IMG/VR virus record: IMGVR_UViG_3300023178_004792 | Coordinates: 1-60,037 of that record | Strand: one strand, 5' to 3' | DNA: 60,037 nucleotides | From: a virus | Taxonomy: Duplodnaviria; Caudoviricetes | Notes under the pieces: generated by a model | What the model was told of the DNA's origin: nothing | Databases searched by the model: none | Seen by the model: the letters and a program-made list of their open reading frames with translations, nothing else | Made by a program: the position numbers and the translations under genes | Shown: positions 1-9,116 of the stretch, one piece after another | Numbering within the stretch: position 1 is the first letter of the stretch | How the letters are laid out: every line of letters begins with the position of its first letter

Positions 1-3000
1 TCTGTGGTCGCTTCATATTTGAACGTGTCAGCACCTTCTCCGCCCCAGAGCGTGTCAGCCGCGCCGCCGCCATAAATCACATCATCACCCATGGTACCAA
101 GTATTGTATCAGCACCGCTGGTTCCATTGATCTGTGATGCTCCATCATAGTACAGTGACGCCGCCCACTGTATGAGGTTTTCGTTGTAGGTCTGAGAACC
201 ACCGCTTGACAATGTGCTTGATGATGTATAGGTTGAATCGACGCCACTTCCGTCCCACAAGTCCATGGGATATGTGTCATAGTACACCAGTCCCGAACCG
301 TACTTGTAGGCAAATGCGTTGTTGTAACTCTCACCGTTGGGATAATCATTTATTCCCCTGTGTCCTATGCCCACCTCGCCAGTGCCCAGGTTGGTGATGT
401 GTCCGTGGTCAGTGTGGCCACCACCGTCCAGGGTGTTGTTGGTCAATGTGCCCGCCGCACCGTTGTACAACAATGTGTCGTTCAGTTCTGTCCTGAAGTC
501 TGTGTCATCGTTGGTACCACCAATTCCGTGGTCATAACCACCAAACGATCTTGTGATTGTGGCTGACTCACCCAACAACATATTGTTTGCGTTTGTCACG
601 TGTCTGTCCTGTATTAAAAGTATACCACCATCGTTGACCCAACTCCAAACGTCACTGCTGGCACTACTTGGCGAAGAACTATCAGCCATTCCAACTCCTG
701 TCAACCATTCAGACAGGTACCGACTGTTGTCTCCATTGTGAACGTACATGATGTCTATGTTCTGCAGGTCGGCTGTTCGAACATCGGTCAGATTGGTTGC
801 TGTGTGTCCCGTGTTCTCGATGATTCTCTTCTGGTTGGTCGTGTCACCTTGATATAAATCCATTGTATAATAACCAACGTTCTGTTTGTAGGCTATTGGG
901 GTACCGTCGTTGCCGGAGTGTACATCTTCAAAGTCCAAGATGTTCTCATGGATTGTGATTGAGCCGTCCGCTGTCACTGTCAACACAAAATCCGCCTTGG
1001 CATCATCAGTGCCGTCGAACGCCCTCACAGTGACGTTGTAGTTGGTGTCTTCAGTGACATCAGTGAATGAGGACGCCAGGGTGATCACACCATTGTCGTT
1101 GATGGCAAGGTTGCCTGATTGATCCACAGTGAGACTGTACGTGAGTGCGTCACCATCCGCGTCCGATGCCGATGCTGTTGCGATTGTAGACCCCACACTC
1201 AAACTTTCTGACTTGCTGACGTTGGCGATTGTGCTGATGGTGGGTGCTGTGTTCACAAACAACACAAGGTCTTGTCCATTCATAAAATTTTCAAAATTTT
1301 GAAAATCATCCTGTATTTCATCAGCACCTTCGTTCCACCAGACATTATCTAAGTCATCTATGAAAATTTCTTCTTGATACACTGGTTGTTCGAACGCCAC
1401 CAGTTGTTCATCTTCCTGTTTGAAGTCGTCCATCTTGAATTGCTCCTCCACGAACATCTCCTCCTGTTGGAATATGTCATCCTGTGCCTGCATCTCCTGT
1501 TGGAAGGCATCCTCCTGCATCAGATTCTCCATCTCCTGCTCGAACTCCTGGAAGTTGTCCGCCTCGTTGAATATGTCCTGCACCTCCTTGGGTGCGTCCA
1601 GCAACTCGCCATCCTCCTTGGCCTGGTCGAAGTCGGCCTCTATCTGATCCTTGAACGCTTCCTCCTCCAAGCGTAGTTCTTCCTCTATCTTCTGTATCTG
1701 CTCCATGTCCTCTTCTGGCATGTCGGCGTCCTCCTCGAAGATGTCAGCGTTGACCTCTTCCTCTACCTTGGGCTCCTCCTTGATCTCCTGTATCACCTGT
1801 TCCTCGATCTTGTCCTCGAACACCACGTCAGCCTCGTTGAAAGCCTTCTCAACCTCGTTGATCACCTCGGCACCGAAGTCCTGCTCCAGTTCCTGGAAGA
1901 ACTGTTGGAACTCTTGTTCTATCTGCTGTATCTCCTGTTCGATCTGCTGGAAGTTCTGTTCGATGTTCTGCTCCAGCACGAAGACCTGTTCGAATTTCTG
2001 TTCAACCTCTTGGAACCTCTGTTCGATCTTCTGCACGACCTGTTCCACTTCCTGGATCTTTTCCTCGAACTGTATCTTCTCTTCTATGATCTCCTCTCGG
2101 ATCTGCTCCACTTCAACAATCTCTTCCTCCACTTTTGCCAGTTCTTCCTCGATCTTGGCCTTCTCCTGTGGTGCGGCCTGTTCCAATTTCTCTTCCAGTT
2201 CCACCTTCGCTTCTTCTAATTTTTCTTCTTTTATCTCCACTTCCTTCTCTTTCTCCGCTACCTCTTCCAGTTCCTCTTCCAGTAGTTCCGCTTCCTCTTC
2301 CAACTGCTCGGCCTCTTCCTCCAGTTGTTCCTTCTCTTCCTCCAGTTGTTCCTTCTCCTCTTCCAACTGCTCCTGTTCCTCCTCCAGTTTCTTCTTCTGC
2401 TTCTCGGCCTCCTTGCTCTTCTTGTTCTTTTGTGAGGTCTTCAGCGTGGTCTTGTTGGTGGCGATGGTCTTGGCGAACTTCTTGAGCACCACGTCCTCGG
2501 GCACTATGATGGGTATGCTGGGTGGTAGGAATGCGCTGGTAATCGTGGAGCTCTCGAACGGTTGCGTCAGCACCACCTCACCGCCCTGTGTGATCAGTGC
2601 CACCTCGCCCACGGTGCCGTCCTCGTTGGGCAACAGCACCACGTCATTGGACTCGCCCTCCTGTGACGCCTTGCCCGCCACCTGTGTTCCCCTGACGCCT
2701 ATGGTCAGCACTGGCGTGGTCACCTTCATGGCGTCCGCACCGGTCTTGGCCACGCCGCCCGATATGAACGAGAAGTCGCCCTTGATCATGGTGACGTTCA
2801 TGGAGCCCGTCAGTGTCTCTGGGTCATACACGAAGTCGTCTATGACCTGCCTGGCGCCCGCGTCGATGGAGAACGTGGTGTCATCCAGGAACACTATGCC
2901 CGTGGATCCACCCGTGCTCTCTATGACGTCGTTGAGGTATATTAGGTCCCCCACCTGTAATTCTATGGTCTGGCCGGCACGCTGAACAGTCACCGTGCCG

Positions 3001-3287
3001 CCCGCTATGGTTATCTCACCTATGGCGTCGGGATCCTCGAAAGCCACGAGCGATTGGTCAAGAGGTCGGCTGTTGACAGCCATTAGGTCGACTATGTGAC
3101 TTTTGAGGATTGAGCCGTTAGGTGTGACGAGGTCCTTGGGGTTGACGAAGTAGTCCTTGAGCAGTATCTCCGCCCGTTCCCCGAACAGGTCTTCGTGGGT
3201 GATCTTGAGATGATCTCCCTGTCTGACGTAGTCGCCAGACGTCATCAGTTGCCATGATATCTCTATCTTGTCAGATGGACCTGCCAT
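1..3287 (-). CDS. Large FecR-domain / acidic coiled-coil / cadherin / RTX-repeat protein (3' end outside window)
   Basis: Hand translation from ATG 3287 stays open and in frame to the window edge. FecR-like segment (GDLIYLNDVIEST...TPVLTIGVRGT), Glu-rich heptads, cadherin-like NTAPTI...ASDADGDALTYSL, RTX-like GGGAADTLWGGEGADTF. Confidence 0.85.
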   Translation of the reverse strand, partial: MAGPSDKIEISWQLMTSGDYVRQGDHLKITHEDLFGERAEILLKDYFVNPKDLVTPNGSILKSHIVDLMAVNSRPLDQSLVAFEDPDAIGEITIAGGTVTVQRAGQTIELQVGDLIYLNDVIESTGGSTGIVFLDDTTFSIDAGARQVIDDFVYDPETLTGSMNVTMIKGDFSFISGGVAKTGADAMKVTTPVLTIGVRGTQVAGKASQEGESNDVVLLPNEDGTVGEVALITQGGEVVLTQPFESSTITSAFLPPSIPIIVPEDVVLKKFAKTIATNKTTLKTSQKNKKSKEAEKQKKKLEEEQEQLEEEKEQLEEEKEQLEEEAEQLEEEAELLEEELEEVAEKEKEVEIKEEKLEEAKVELEEKLEQAAPQEKAKIEEELAKVEEEIVEVEQIREEIIEEKIQFEEKIQEVEQVVQKIEQRFQEVEQKFEQVFVLEQNIEQNFQQIEQEIQQIEQEFQQFFQELEQDFGAEVINEVEKAFNEADVVFEDKIEEQVIQEIKEEPKVEEEVNADIFEEDADMPEEDMEQIQKIEEELRLEEEAFKDQIEADFDQAKEDGELLDAPKEVQDIFNEADNFQEFEQEMENLMQEDAFQQEMQAQDDIFQQEEMFVEEQFKMDDFKQEDEQLVAFEQPVYQEEIFIDDLDNVWWNEGADEIQDDFQNFENFMNGQDLVLFVNTAPTISTIANVSKSESLSVGSTIATASASDADGDALTYSLTVDQSGNLAINDNGVITLASSFTDVTEDTNYNVTVRAFDGTDDAKADFVLTVTADGSITIHENILDFEDVHSGNDGTPIAYKQNVGYYTMDLYQGDTTNQKRIIENTGHTATNLTDVRTADLQNIDIMYVHNGDNSRYLSEWLTGVGMADSSSPSSASSDVWSWVNDGGILLIQDRHVTNANNMLLGESATITRSFGGYDHGIGGTNDDTDFRTELNDTLLYNGAAGTLTNNTLDGGGHTDHGHITNLGTGEVGIGHRGINDYPNGESYNNAFAYKYGSGLVYYDTYPMDLWDGSGVDSTYTSSSTLSSGGSQTYNENLIQWAASLYYDGASQINGTSGADTILGTMGDDVIYGGGAADTLWGGEGADTFKYEATT
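2270..2390 (-). repeat. Degenerate 21-bp tandem repeat encoding LEEE(K/Q/A)EQ heptads
   Basis: Repeated tccagttgttccttctc-type units translating to LEEEQEQ LEEEKEQ LEEEKEQ LEEEAEQ LEEEAEL. Confidence 0.8.
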
Positions 3288-3431
3288 GTAAGTACTTTAA
3301 CCTCGCTCATGTTTATTTAAATAACCGCGTGTATATAAAGTGTGCGTACATTATCCACAGAGCCTCAGATTGCACACCTTTGATAATACACGCACATTTC
3401 TGTCTGGGCACCACACTTTAAATATTGGCGA

Positions 3432-3845
3432 ATGAAGGAAATCCTCACAGCGATGATAATATGGTTGGGAGCCAACACCAACCTTGACACCAACCATGAC
3501 GTGCCGTTGGTGATATTCCTGCCACAGGACCAGCTCAACCACATGTACTACAAGGACTCCGCACACGACGGCAATAAACTGCATGGGCTCTATGACCGCG
3601 ACAAGGACACGATTTTCCTGCCAGACACCTGGGACAGGCGCCGGCCATGGGACCTGGGAGTGTTGCTACACGAGATGATGCACTACCTACAGGACCAGAA
3701 CGAGATCAAGTTCAGTTGCGTACAGGAGATGGAGCGTGACGTGTGGCCCACACAGCGTAAGTACCTACAAGAGGTTCATGACTACGAGTGGGAGTATGAC
3801 GAACTGTGGTACTGGATGGTCAGCAACTGTCCTAGTATGATCTAA
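3432..3845 (+). CDS. DUF6647-like HExxH metallopeptidase-like protein
   Basis: Hydrophobic N-terminus, LLHEMMHYLQ motif, TAAATA at 3419-3424. Confidence 0.65.
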   Translation: MKEILTAMIIWLGANTNLDTNHDVPLVIFLPQDQLNHMYYKDSAHDGNKLHGLYDRDKDTIFLPDTWDRRRPWDLGVLLHEMMHYLQDQNEIKFSCVQEMERDVWPTQRKYLQEVHDYEWEYDELWYWMVSNCPSMI

Positions 3846-4420
3846 ACCTTGAAAATTTTGGAAGTGATCTCGGATGTTTTATTCATGACCGCACGATTCA
3901 CGCAGGTCTCCCAGAGATCATCTGGTTTGCTTGAAAATACCAATTCCTGATCATAATCTAATGTAAGCCAGCTCATGGTCTTGGGCCTAGGTGGCTGTGG
4001 GTCCAGTTCCGCCTCCAGTTGTCCGGCCTCCCAGTTGGCCATGCCCAGCATGATCAATCGCTTTTCAGGTCCACCGCCCTGTGCTATCATCTCCAGCATC
4101 TTGCGGTCCAGCGTGTATGCCAGTTCGTCCTGCTTCCTGGATTGGCTACTGCCCAACTGCACGTCCTTGGTGTGTAACACTCCTATGATATTGGTCAGCA
4201 CGGGTCCACCGTAGTACACAGGATTATTGTATCCGGACATCAAATTAATTCCACCCTCGGAACACACGTGCTTGAAGTCTGGGTGTTTGCAGATCTTGTT
4301 TATGATGACACCCGCCGCGCCTGAAACGTCGTGCCTCCACATGTAAACAACCGACTTGGCGAAACGCCAGTCAGGCATGTTGGGTGGTGCCACCAGCAGT
4401 TTGCCCTGTGTGTCCGTCAT
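3842..4420 (-). CDS. YqgE/AlgH family protein
   Basis: GKLLVAPPNMPDWRFAKSVVY, YYGGPV and GMANWEAGQLEAEL motifs. Confidence 0.85.
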   Translation of the reverse strand: MTDTQGKLLVAPPNMPDWRFAKSVVYMWRHDVSGAAGVIINKICKHPDFKHVCSEGGINLMSGYNNPVYYGGPVLTNIIGVLHTKDVQLGSSQSRKQDELAYTLDRKMLEMIAQGGGPEKRLIMLGMANWEAGQLEAELDPQPPRPKTMSWLTLDYDQELVFSSKPDDLWETCVNRAVMNKTSEITSKIFKV

Positions 4421-5217
4421 ACACTTTTACTTATAGCGTCGAACTTCTTTAATTTTATGAGTAGATCTTTGAGGTCGTCCAGGTGCACGTTGTTGGGACC
4501 GTCCGACGCCGCGTTGTCGGGATCGTCATGCACCTCCATGAACACGCCCGCCACACCCACGGCCACCGCCGCCGATGCTATCACTGGTATGTGTTCTCTG
4601 TTGCCACCTGATGATGTGCCCTGTCCTCCCGGCTGTTGGCAACTGTGTGTGGCGTCTATAACGACTGGGTATCCTGTCTTCTTCATCTCGTGTAGGCCAC
4701 GCATGTCGGACACCAGTGTGTTGTATCCAAAACTGGTTCCACGATCACACAACCACAGTTTGTCGTTGCCGGTTGATGCCACCTTCTCTGCGACATTTCG
4801 CATGTCCCAGGGCGCCAGGAACTGACCCTTCTTGATGTTGATGTACTTGCCGGTCTCGCCCGCCGCAAGTAGTAGGTCGGTCTGCCTGCACAGGAACGCT
4901 GGTATCTGTAGTGCGTCCACGTGTGGTGCCACAAGAGCGGCCTGTTGTTCCGTGTGTATGTCAGTTATGATCTTTAGGTCGGGCATCTCCGCCTTGAGCT
5001 TGTCGAATATCTCCATGCCACGTGCCAAACCCGCACCACGTTTTCCCGTCAGTGATGTCCTGTTGGCCTTGTCAAAACTGCTCTTGTAGAAGAATTCAAT
5101 TCCGCAGTAGTCTGCGATCTTCTTGATCTCACGTGCCATTTTGAATGCGTGTTGTTCTGATTCTATCTGGCAGGGTCCTGCGATCAGGAAGAATGGTTGG
5201 TCATTGCCTATGTTCAT
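4417..5217 (-). CDS. kdsA: KDO-8-phosphate synthase
   Basis: IAGPCQIES, KSSFDKANRTS, QIPAFLCRQTDLL, KKGQFLAP, DATHS, SDGPN. Confidence 0.97.
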   Translation of the reverse strand: MNIGNDQPFFLIAGPCQIESEQHAFKMAREIKKIADYCGIEFFYKSSFDKANRTSLTGKRGAGLARGMEIFDKLKAEMPDLKIITDIHTEQQAALVAPHVDALQIPAFLCRQTDLLLAAGETGKYINIKKGQFLAPWDMRNVAEKVASTGNDKLWLCDRGTSFGYNTLVSDMRGLHEMKKTGYPVVIDATHSCQQPGGQGTSSGGNREHIPVIASAAVAVGVAGVFMEVHDDPDNAASDGPNNVHLDDLKDLLIKLKKFDAISKSV

Positions 5218-5236
5218 GTAGGTAATTATTCAGATA

Positions 5237-6553
5237 TTATTTGGCTTCAGCACTCATTTGAGCAAACGGATTACGTTCAACAGTCGAAATCGGATATGCT
5301 GTGTTCACTGTCAAATTAAAGCCTTTGACAAGACTTTCAATGTTTTCGGCGTAACTTGTTTTTGTTACACCACCACGCCTGCTTATGAATAAAAGTCCCA
5401 TTCCACCCTCTGCTTGTTTTTGTGTGAAATATGCCTTAAGGTTTGCTAACCCATGGAAGTTTTGTGCTTGTTTCAAATTATTACTTTTGACTGCTTGGAT
5501 AATTTTAGGAGTATATTCGTTGTTTGGCCAAAGGTCTTCAATGATAAGTGTGAAATCATCTAACATTTTTTGCCTAATTTTTTTATCAACATCTTGACTG
5601 TGTATTGCACCCAAAAGTGTAGAATAGGCAATACCAGATTTTTTCTTAGGAATAATTTGTTGATAGTCGTTAATAAATTTTGTTGCTTTATTGAAATAAT
5701 CAGGAGATGGGTTTATGTCATCATCTTTGAATCTTCCTTTATACGCTCCACCTTTCACTTCTATAGGAGTGTTATCATCGATTACTACTAAATCACCCTT
5801 TTCTCCTTTTCTCAATTCTTTGCTGTGTGTGGCAAATAATATTTCTCCAGGACCAATACCCTGAGCAGGTTGGTATGTAAGCATATCATTCCAATAAAAT
5901 TTGAGTTCATCACTTGTTTGTAAATCTTTTCTAATAATATTTGATAAAACGTTAGAAGGTTTTTGTAATTCGTCTACACTTATACAAGTATTATCATTAA
6001 TTGCTTTTATAATTTTTGTGATTTCTTCAGACGTCAAACTATTACCCAGCATAAATTTTGACACTACTTTGTAATATTTTTGTAAATCGCCATCGTCTAC
6101 GGCCTTTACTGCTCGTGAAACTTTAAGATATTGATTTTGTTTTTTACTTGTTTTTCCTTTGATGCTTTTGTCTGGTGTACCTGCAAGTTGTAATGCCGAA
6201 TTGATTTGATCTAAAATTCTATCACTCACATCCTTAGGTAAACTTGCTACCTGTTTAGAAAGTGCTTTAATTTTCTGTGCTTGAGGCAAACTCATTATAC
6301 CTTGATCTGCTGGTGCCTCCCTCAGGAACCACGGAGTCTCGAAACTCTCCTTCTTCATGAACCTGTGTATTAAATCTTGATAAAGTTTGTCATGGCTCTG
6401 CTGTGATATCTCACCACGTGCCACCCTTGTGTGTAGGTCCTTGACTCCCGTTAGGAAGTCCGGATAGCTCTGCACGTTGGGCATCTGCACTACCTTGGCC
6501 TTGGGCGTTGGGAATTTGATCACGTTGGATTCTTTTTCAAACCATGGTTTCAT
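5237..6553 (-). CDS. Chimeric protein with AT-rich PD-(D/E)xK nuclease-like C-terminal domain
   Basis: GPGE...KGDLVVIDDNTPIEVKG motif; base composition switches after ...PWFLREA near 6310. Confidence 0.55.
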   Translation of the reverse strand: MKPWFEKESNVIKFPTPKAKVVQMPNVQSYPDFLTGVKDLHTRVARGEISQQSHDKLYQDLIHRFMKKESFETPWFLREAPADQGIMSLPQAQKIKALSKQVASLPKDVSDRILDQINSALQLAGTPDKSIKGKTSKKQNQYLKVSRAVKAVDDGDLQKYYKVVSKFMLGNSLTSEEITKIIKAINDNTCISVDELQKPSNVLSNIIRKDLQTSDELKFYWNDMLTYQPAQGIGPGEILFATHSKELRKGEKGDLVVIDDNTPIEVKGGAYKGRFKDDDINPSPDYFNKATKFINDYQQIIPKKKSGIAYSTLLGAIHSQDVDKKIRQKMLDDFTLIIEDLWPNNEYTPKIIQAVKSNNLKQAQNFHGLANLKAYFTQKQAEGGMGLLFISRRGGVTKTSYAENIESLVKGFNLTVNTAYPISTVERNPFAQMSAEAK

Positions 6554-6568
6554 ACGGGTATTTATTGC

Positions 6569-7375
6569 TTATGAGTCGTCGCCGTTACGCAGTTTGTCGT
6601 TGATCTTTATGCTGGTTTCTAACTGTGTGAATGGCGTGTTAAGGATCTCACGGGCGAACCATGCCAGTGCGGCGGTGTCCTTGGGGAAACATGATCCCGC
6701 GTAGCCACGCTGTCCATCATGCCCGGGCACCCGCATGTGGGTGTCGCCGATCCTGGGATCGTGTGCTATGATCTTTGTGAATGTTTGCCAGTCAGTGCCC
6801 CTTGCGGCCTTTAGAACATCATACATCTCGTTCATGAATGTAACCTTGGTTGCGAGGAAACTGTTGATGCAGTACTTGACCATGCTCGCAGTCACAATGT
6901 CTGTCTTGTACACAGGACATTCTTTACAATCACTGTGTTCTTTGTACAGTTTCTCAACGGAATCAGTGTCAGCGTCCCTACCACCAAACACGTGCATGGG
7001 TGGGTTAACGAAATCATTTATGTAGTTCTTCTCTGTGAGGAACTCGGGATTGTACACTATCCTCAGGTCCACACATTGTTCTATGATGTTCTGCAATTTG
7101 TATGCGGGCACAGTTGATTTAACAATCACGAGTAAACCTTTTGACTGGTTCAACTGTTGCATGACATCTTCCAATATAGCAGTGTTGCATTCTCCCGACT
7201 CCAGCATGGGCGTTGGCACTGCCACGAAGACGGCGTCAGGCCGGAACTTGATCAGGTCCTCTATGGTGTTGGTGCTGTTGTGTTTGGGATCTACTATGAA
7301 CTTCTGCACGTCTCGTGTGAATCCATGATCCACCGCCGTGCCTACAAATCCATGTCCCACAATACCCAGTTTCAT
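6569..7375 (-). CDS. UDP-glucose/GDP-mannose dehydrogenase family protein (short form)
   Basis: GHGFVG Rossmann motif, VPTP, KSTV, YNPEFL, GYAGSCFPKD. Confidence 0.9.
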   Translation of the reverse strand: MKLGIVGHGFVGTAVDHGFTRDVQKFIVDPKHNSTNTIEDLIKFRPDAVFVAVPTPMLESGECNTAILEDVMQQLNQSKGLLVIVKSTVPAYKLQNIIEQCVDLRIVYNPEFLTEKNYINDFVNPPMHVFGGRDADTDSVEKLYKEHSDCKECPVYKTDIVTASMVKYCINSFLATKVTFMNEMYDVLKAARGTDWQTFTKIIAHDPRIGDTHMRVPGHDGQRGYAGSCFPKDTAALAWFAREILNTPFTQLETSIKINDKLRNGDDS

Positions 7376-7413
7376 ATGTGGTATATTATACTGGGTATCG
7401 AAGACAATGTCTA

Positions 7414-8367
7414 CTATTTGGCTCTGGTCCTCATGGCCGCCATGGTTTCTGCGTCTAGCGGTACAAGTCCGAGGTCAAGTAGGTAACCTCTTTTACCAAT
7501 GGCCTTCTTGCTCACGTAACTCTGCATGAACTTCTTGAGTCCAGGAACTATGTCGAAGTGCTCCTTCTTGAAGTACACGAACAATGGTCTCGAGATTGGA
7601 TAACTGTAGTCCTGGATGGATTCCAATGATATCTCGACTCCGTCTATGGTCATCGCTTGGACCTTGTCTCTTGAGTTGTCAAGATAACTGTATCCAAATA
7701 TCGCGAAGTACTTGGGATCGTTCTGTAGTTTCTGGATCAACAGTGTGTCGTTCTCACCTGCCTCCACCACCGGTCCGTCCTCACGCAAGTTGTAACAGGC
7801 CTTCTTGCCTTGTGCTTCCAGGATCTCCTTTGGACATCCTTTCTTCATCACTAGCGAGTTCCATGCGTCTCTGGTGCCCGATGTTGGTGGTGGCACCATC
7901 ACGATGATCTCTTGGTCTGGTAGGCTTGGATCTATCTCCGACCACTTCTTGGGTCTAGGGCCTAGGTCCGCCAGCGCCATCCAAAGTTGTTCCCTGGTGA
8001 AGTTTACTTTAACGCCTTCCACTGAGTTCGCTAAAGCGATGCCGTCATTGCCCACGGCTATCTCGATGAAGTTCACGTTGTTGTTCGCACACAACTTGGC
8101 CTCTTTGTCTTTGATGGCCCTTGATGCGTTTGTGGCTGATGGTGTGTTCGTATCTATGCCTGCGCAGAACAATTTCATTCCGCCACCAGTTCCCGTAGAT
8201 TCCACCACTGGTGTGGCGTGTTTGCTTTCCTTACCAAAACGTTCGGCAACCACCGTGGTGAATGGATACACCGTCGATGAACCTACGATCTTGATCTGGA
8301 TTTCTTTTGCTACGGAAGTAGATACAAATGCTAACAACATCAACACTGTTAGTGTCAATTGTCTCAT
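7414..8367 (-). CDS. pstS: Phosphate ABC transporter substrate-binding protein
   Basis: Signal peptide; VGSSTVYPF, ESTGTGGG, TSGTRD, YPISRPLF. Confidence 0.93.
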   Translation of the reverse strand: MRQLTLTVLMLLAFVSTSVAKEIQIKIVGSSTVYPFTTVVAERFGKESKHATPVVESTGTGGGMKLFCAGIDTNTPSATNASRAIKDKEAKLCANNNVNFIEIAVGNDGIALANSVEGVKVNFTREQLWMALADLGPRPKKWSEIDPSLPDQEIIVMVPPPTSGTRDAWNSLVMKKGCPKEILEAQGKKACYNLREDGPVVEAGENDTLLIQKLQNDPKYFAIFGYSYLDNSRDKVQAMTIDGVEISLESIQDYSYPISRPLFVYFKKEHFDIVPGLKKFMQSYVSKKAIGKRGYLLDLGLVPLDAETMAAMRTRAK

Positions 8368-8431
8368 TTGATTTTCCTTTGTTGTTTTAATGTTTTCATT
8401 GGTTATAAAACGCTATTATTTAAACACACTA

Positions 8432-8460
8432 GTATTAAAGGAATGTTACAGTTATGTTAA
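8432..8460 (-). promoter_or_regulatory. Putative Pho-box-like direct repeats upstream of pstS
   Basis: Minus strand TTAACAT-N4-GTAACAT-N4-TTAATAC with an exact 11-bp period. Confidence 0.5.
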
Positions 8461-9110
8461 ACTTTTTTTAAAGGATGATTGTCTGATAAGTGTAACCAGC
8501 AGTAGGGAAAGGCTTCGTCGGCCAATTTCCAGATCTGGTCTGCCACGTCACGTGTTTCTTTCTGTGTGTCAGGTTTACAACGCAGGTTGCACACCCTTGC
8601 GAAAGCATATACACTGCCTGACCATATCCATTCTGTCATCATCGACTGAGGTAGCACCATACGTGCCTGTTCGGGTGCCACGCCTTTTACCAACAGGCTG
8701 TTGTAAAGTATAAGGCAACTCTCCATCGTGGTCTGTAGGTTGTGTTCTGTTGTCCGATCAAGTTTCACTTCACCGTCTGATCCCTGTTTGCTGTTCACAG
8801 GTCTACCACGCCAGGCATCTGGGTTGTACAGTTCTGGGTCATAGTCCACGTATCGCCTTGACACCTCGTTCCATACCAGTCCCACTTGGTGTTTGACCAA
8901 TTGCCTTGCTACAAAGATGGGTGCCTTGATCCTGAACTGCATGAATGCGTGTGCGAAAGGAGACCAATGTTCGTGTTCTGCTAGGTATTTGATTAAACGT
9001 TCATCCTGCACAGTAAACGCTTTGCTCTCTTTGGAATAACTTACCCTTGCCGCATTGATTACAGTAAGGTCATCGCCCATCTTGTCTATTAAGGTCACTT
9101 CCATACACAA
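8457..9110 (-). CDS. thyX: FAD-dependent thymidylate synthase
   Basis: AARVSY, HWSPF, ARQLVKHQ...NEVSRRY, EQARMVLP. Confidence 0.95.
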   Translation of the reverse strand: MCMEVTLIDKMGDDLTVINAARVSYSKESKAFTVQDERLIKYLAEHEHWSPFAHAFMQFRIKAPIFVARQLVKHQVGLVWNEVSRRYVDYDPELYNPDAWRGRPVNSKQGSDGEVKLDRTTEHNLQTTMESCLILYNSLLVKGVAPEQARMVLPQSMMTEWIWSGSVYAFARVCNLRCKPDTQKETRDVADQIWKLADEAFPYCWLHLSDNHPLKKV

Positions 9111-9116
9111 ATTATA

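Noticed and set aside
1374-2985. Long plus-strand Ser/Leu-rich ORFs (e.g. 1651-2985, 444 aa)
   Set aside because: Antisense shadows of the Glu-rich minus-strand FecR/RTX gene
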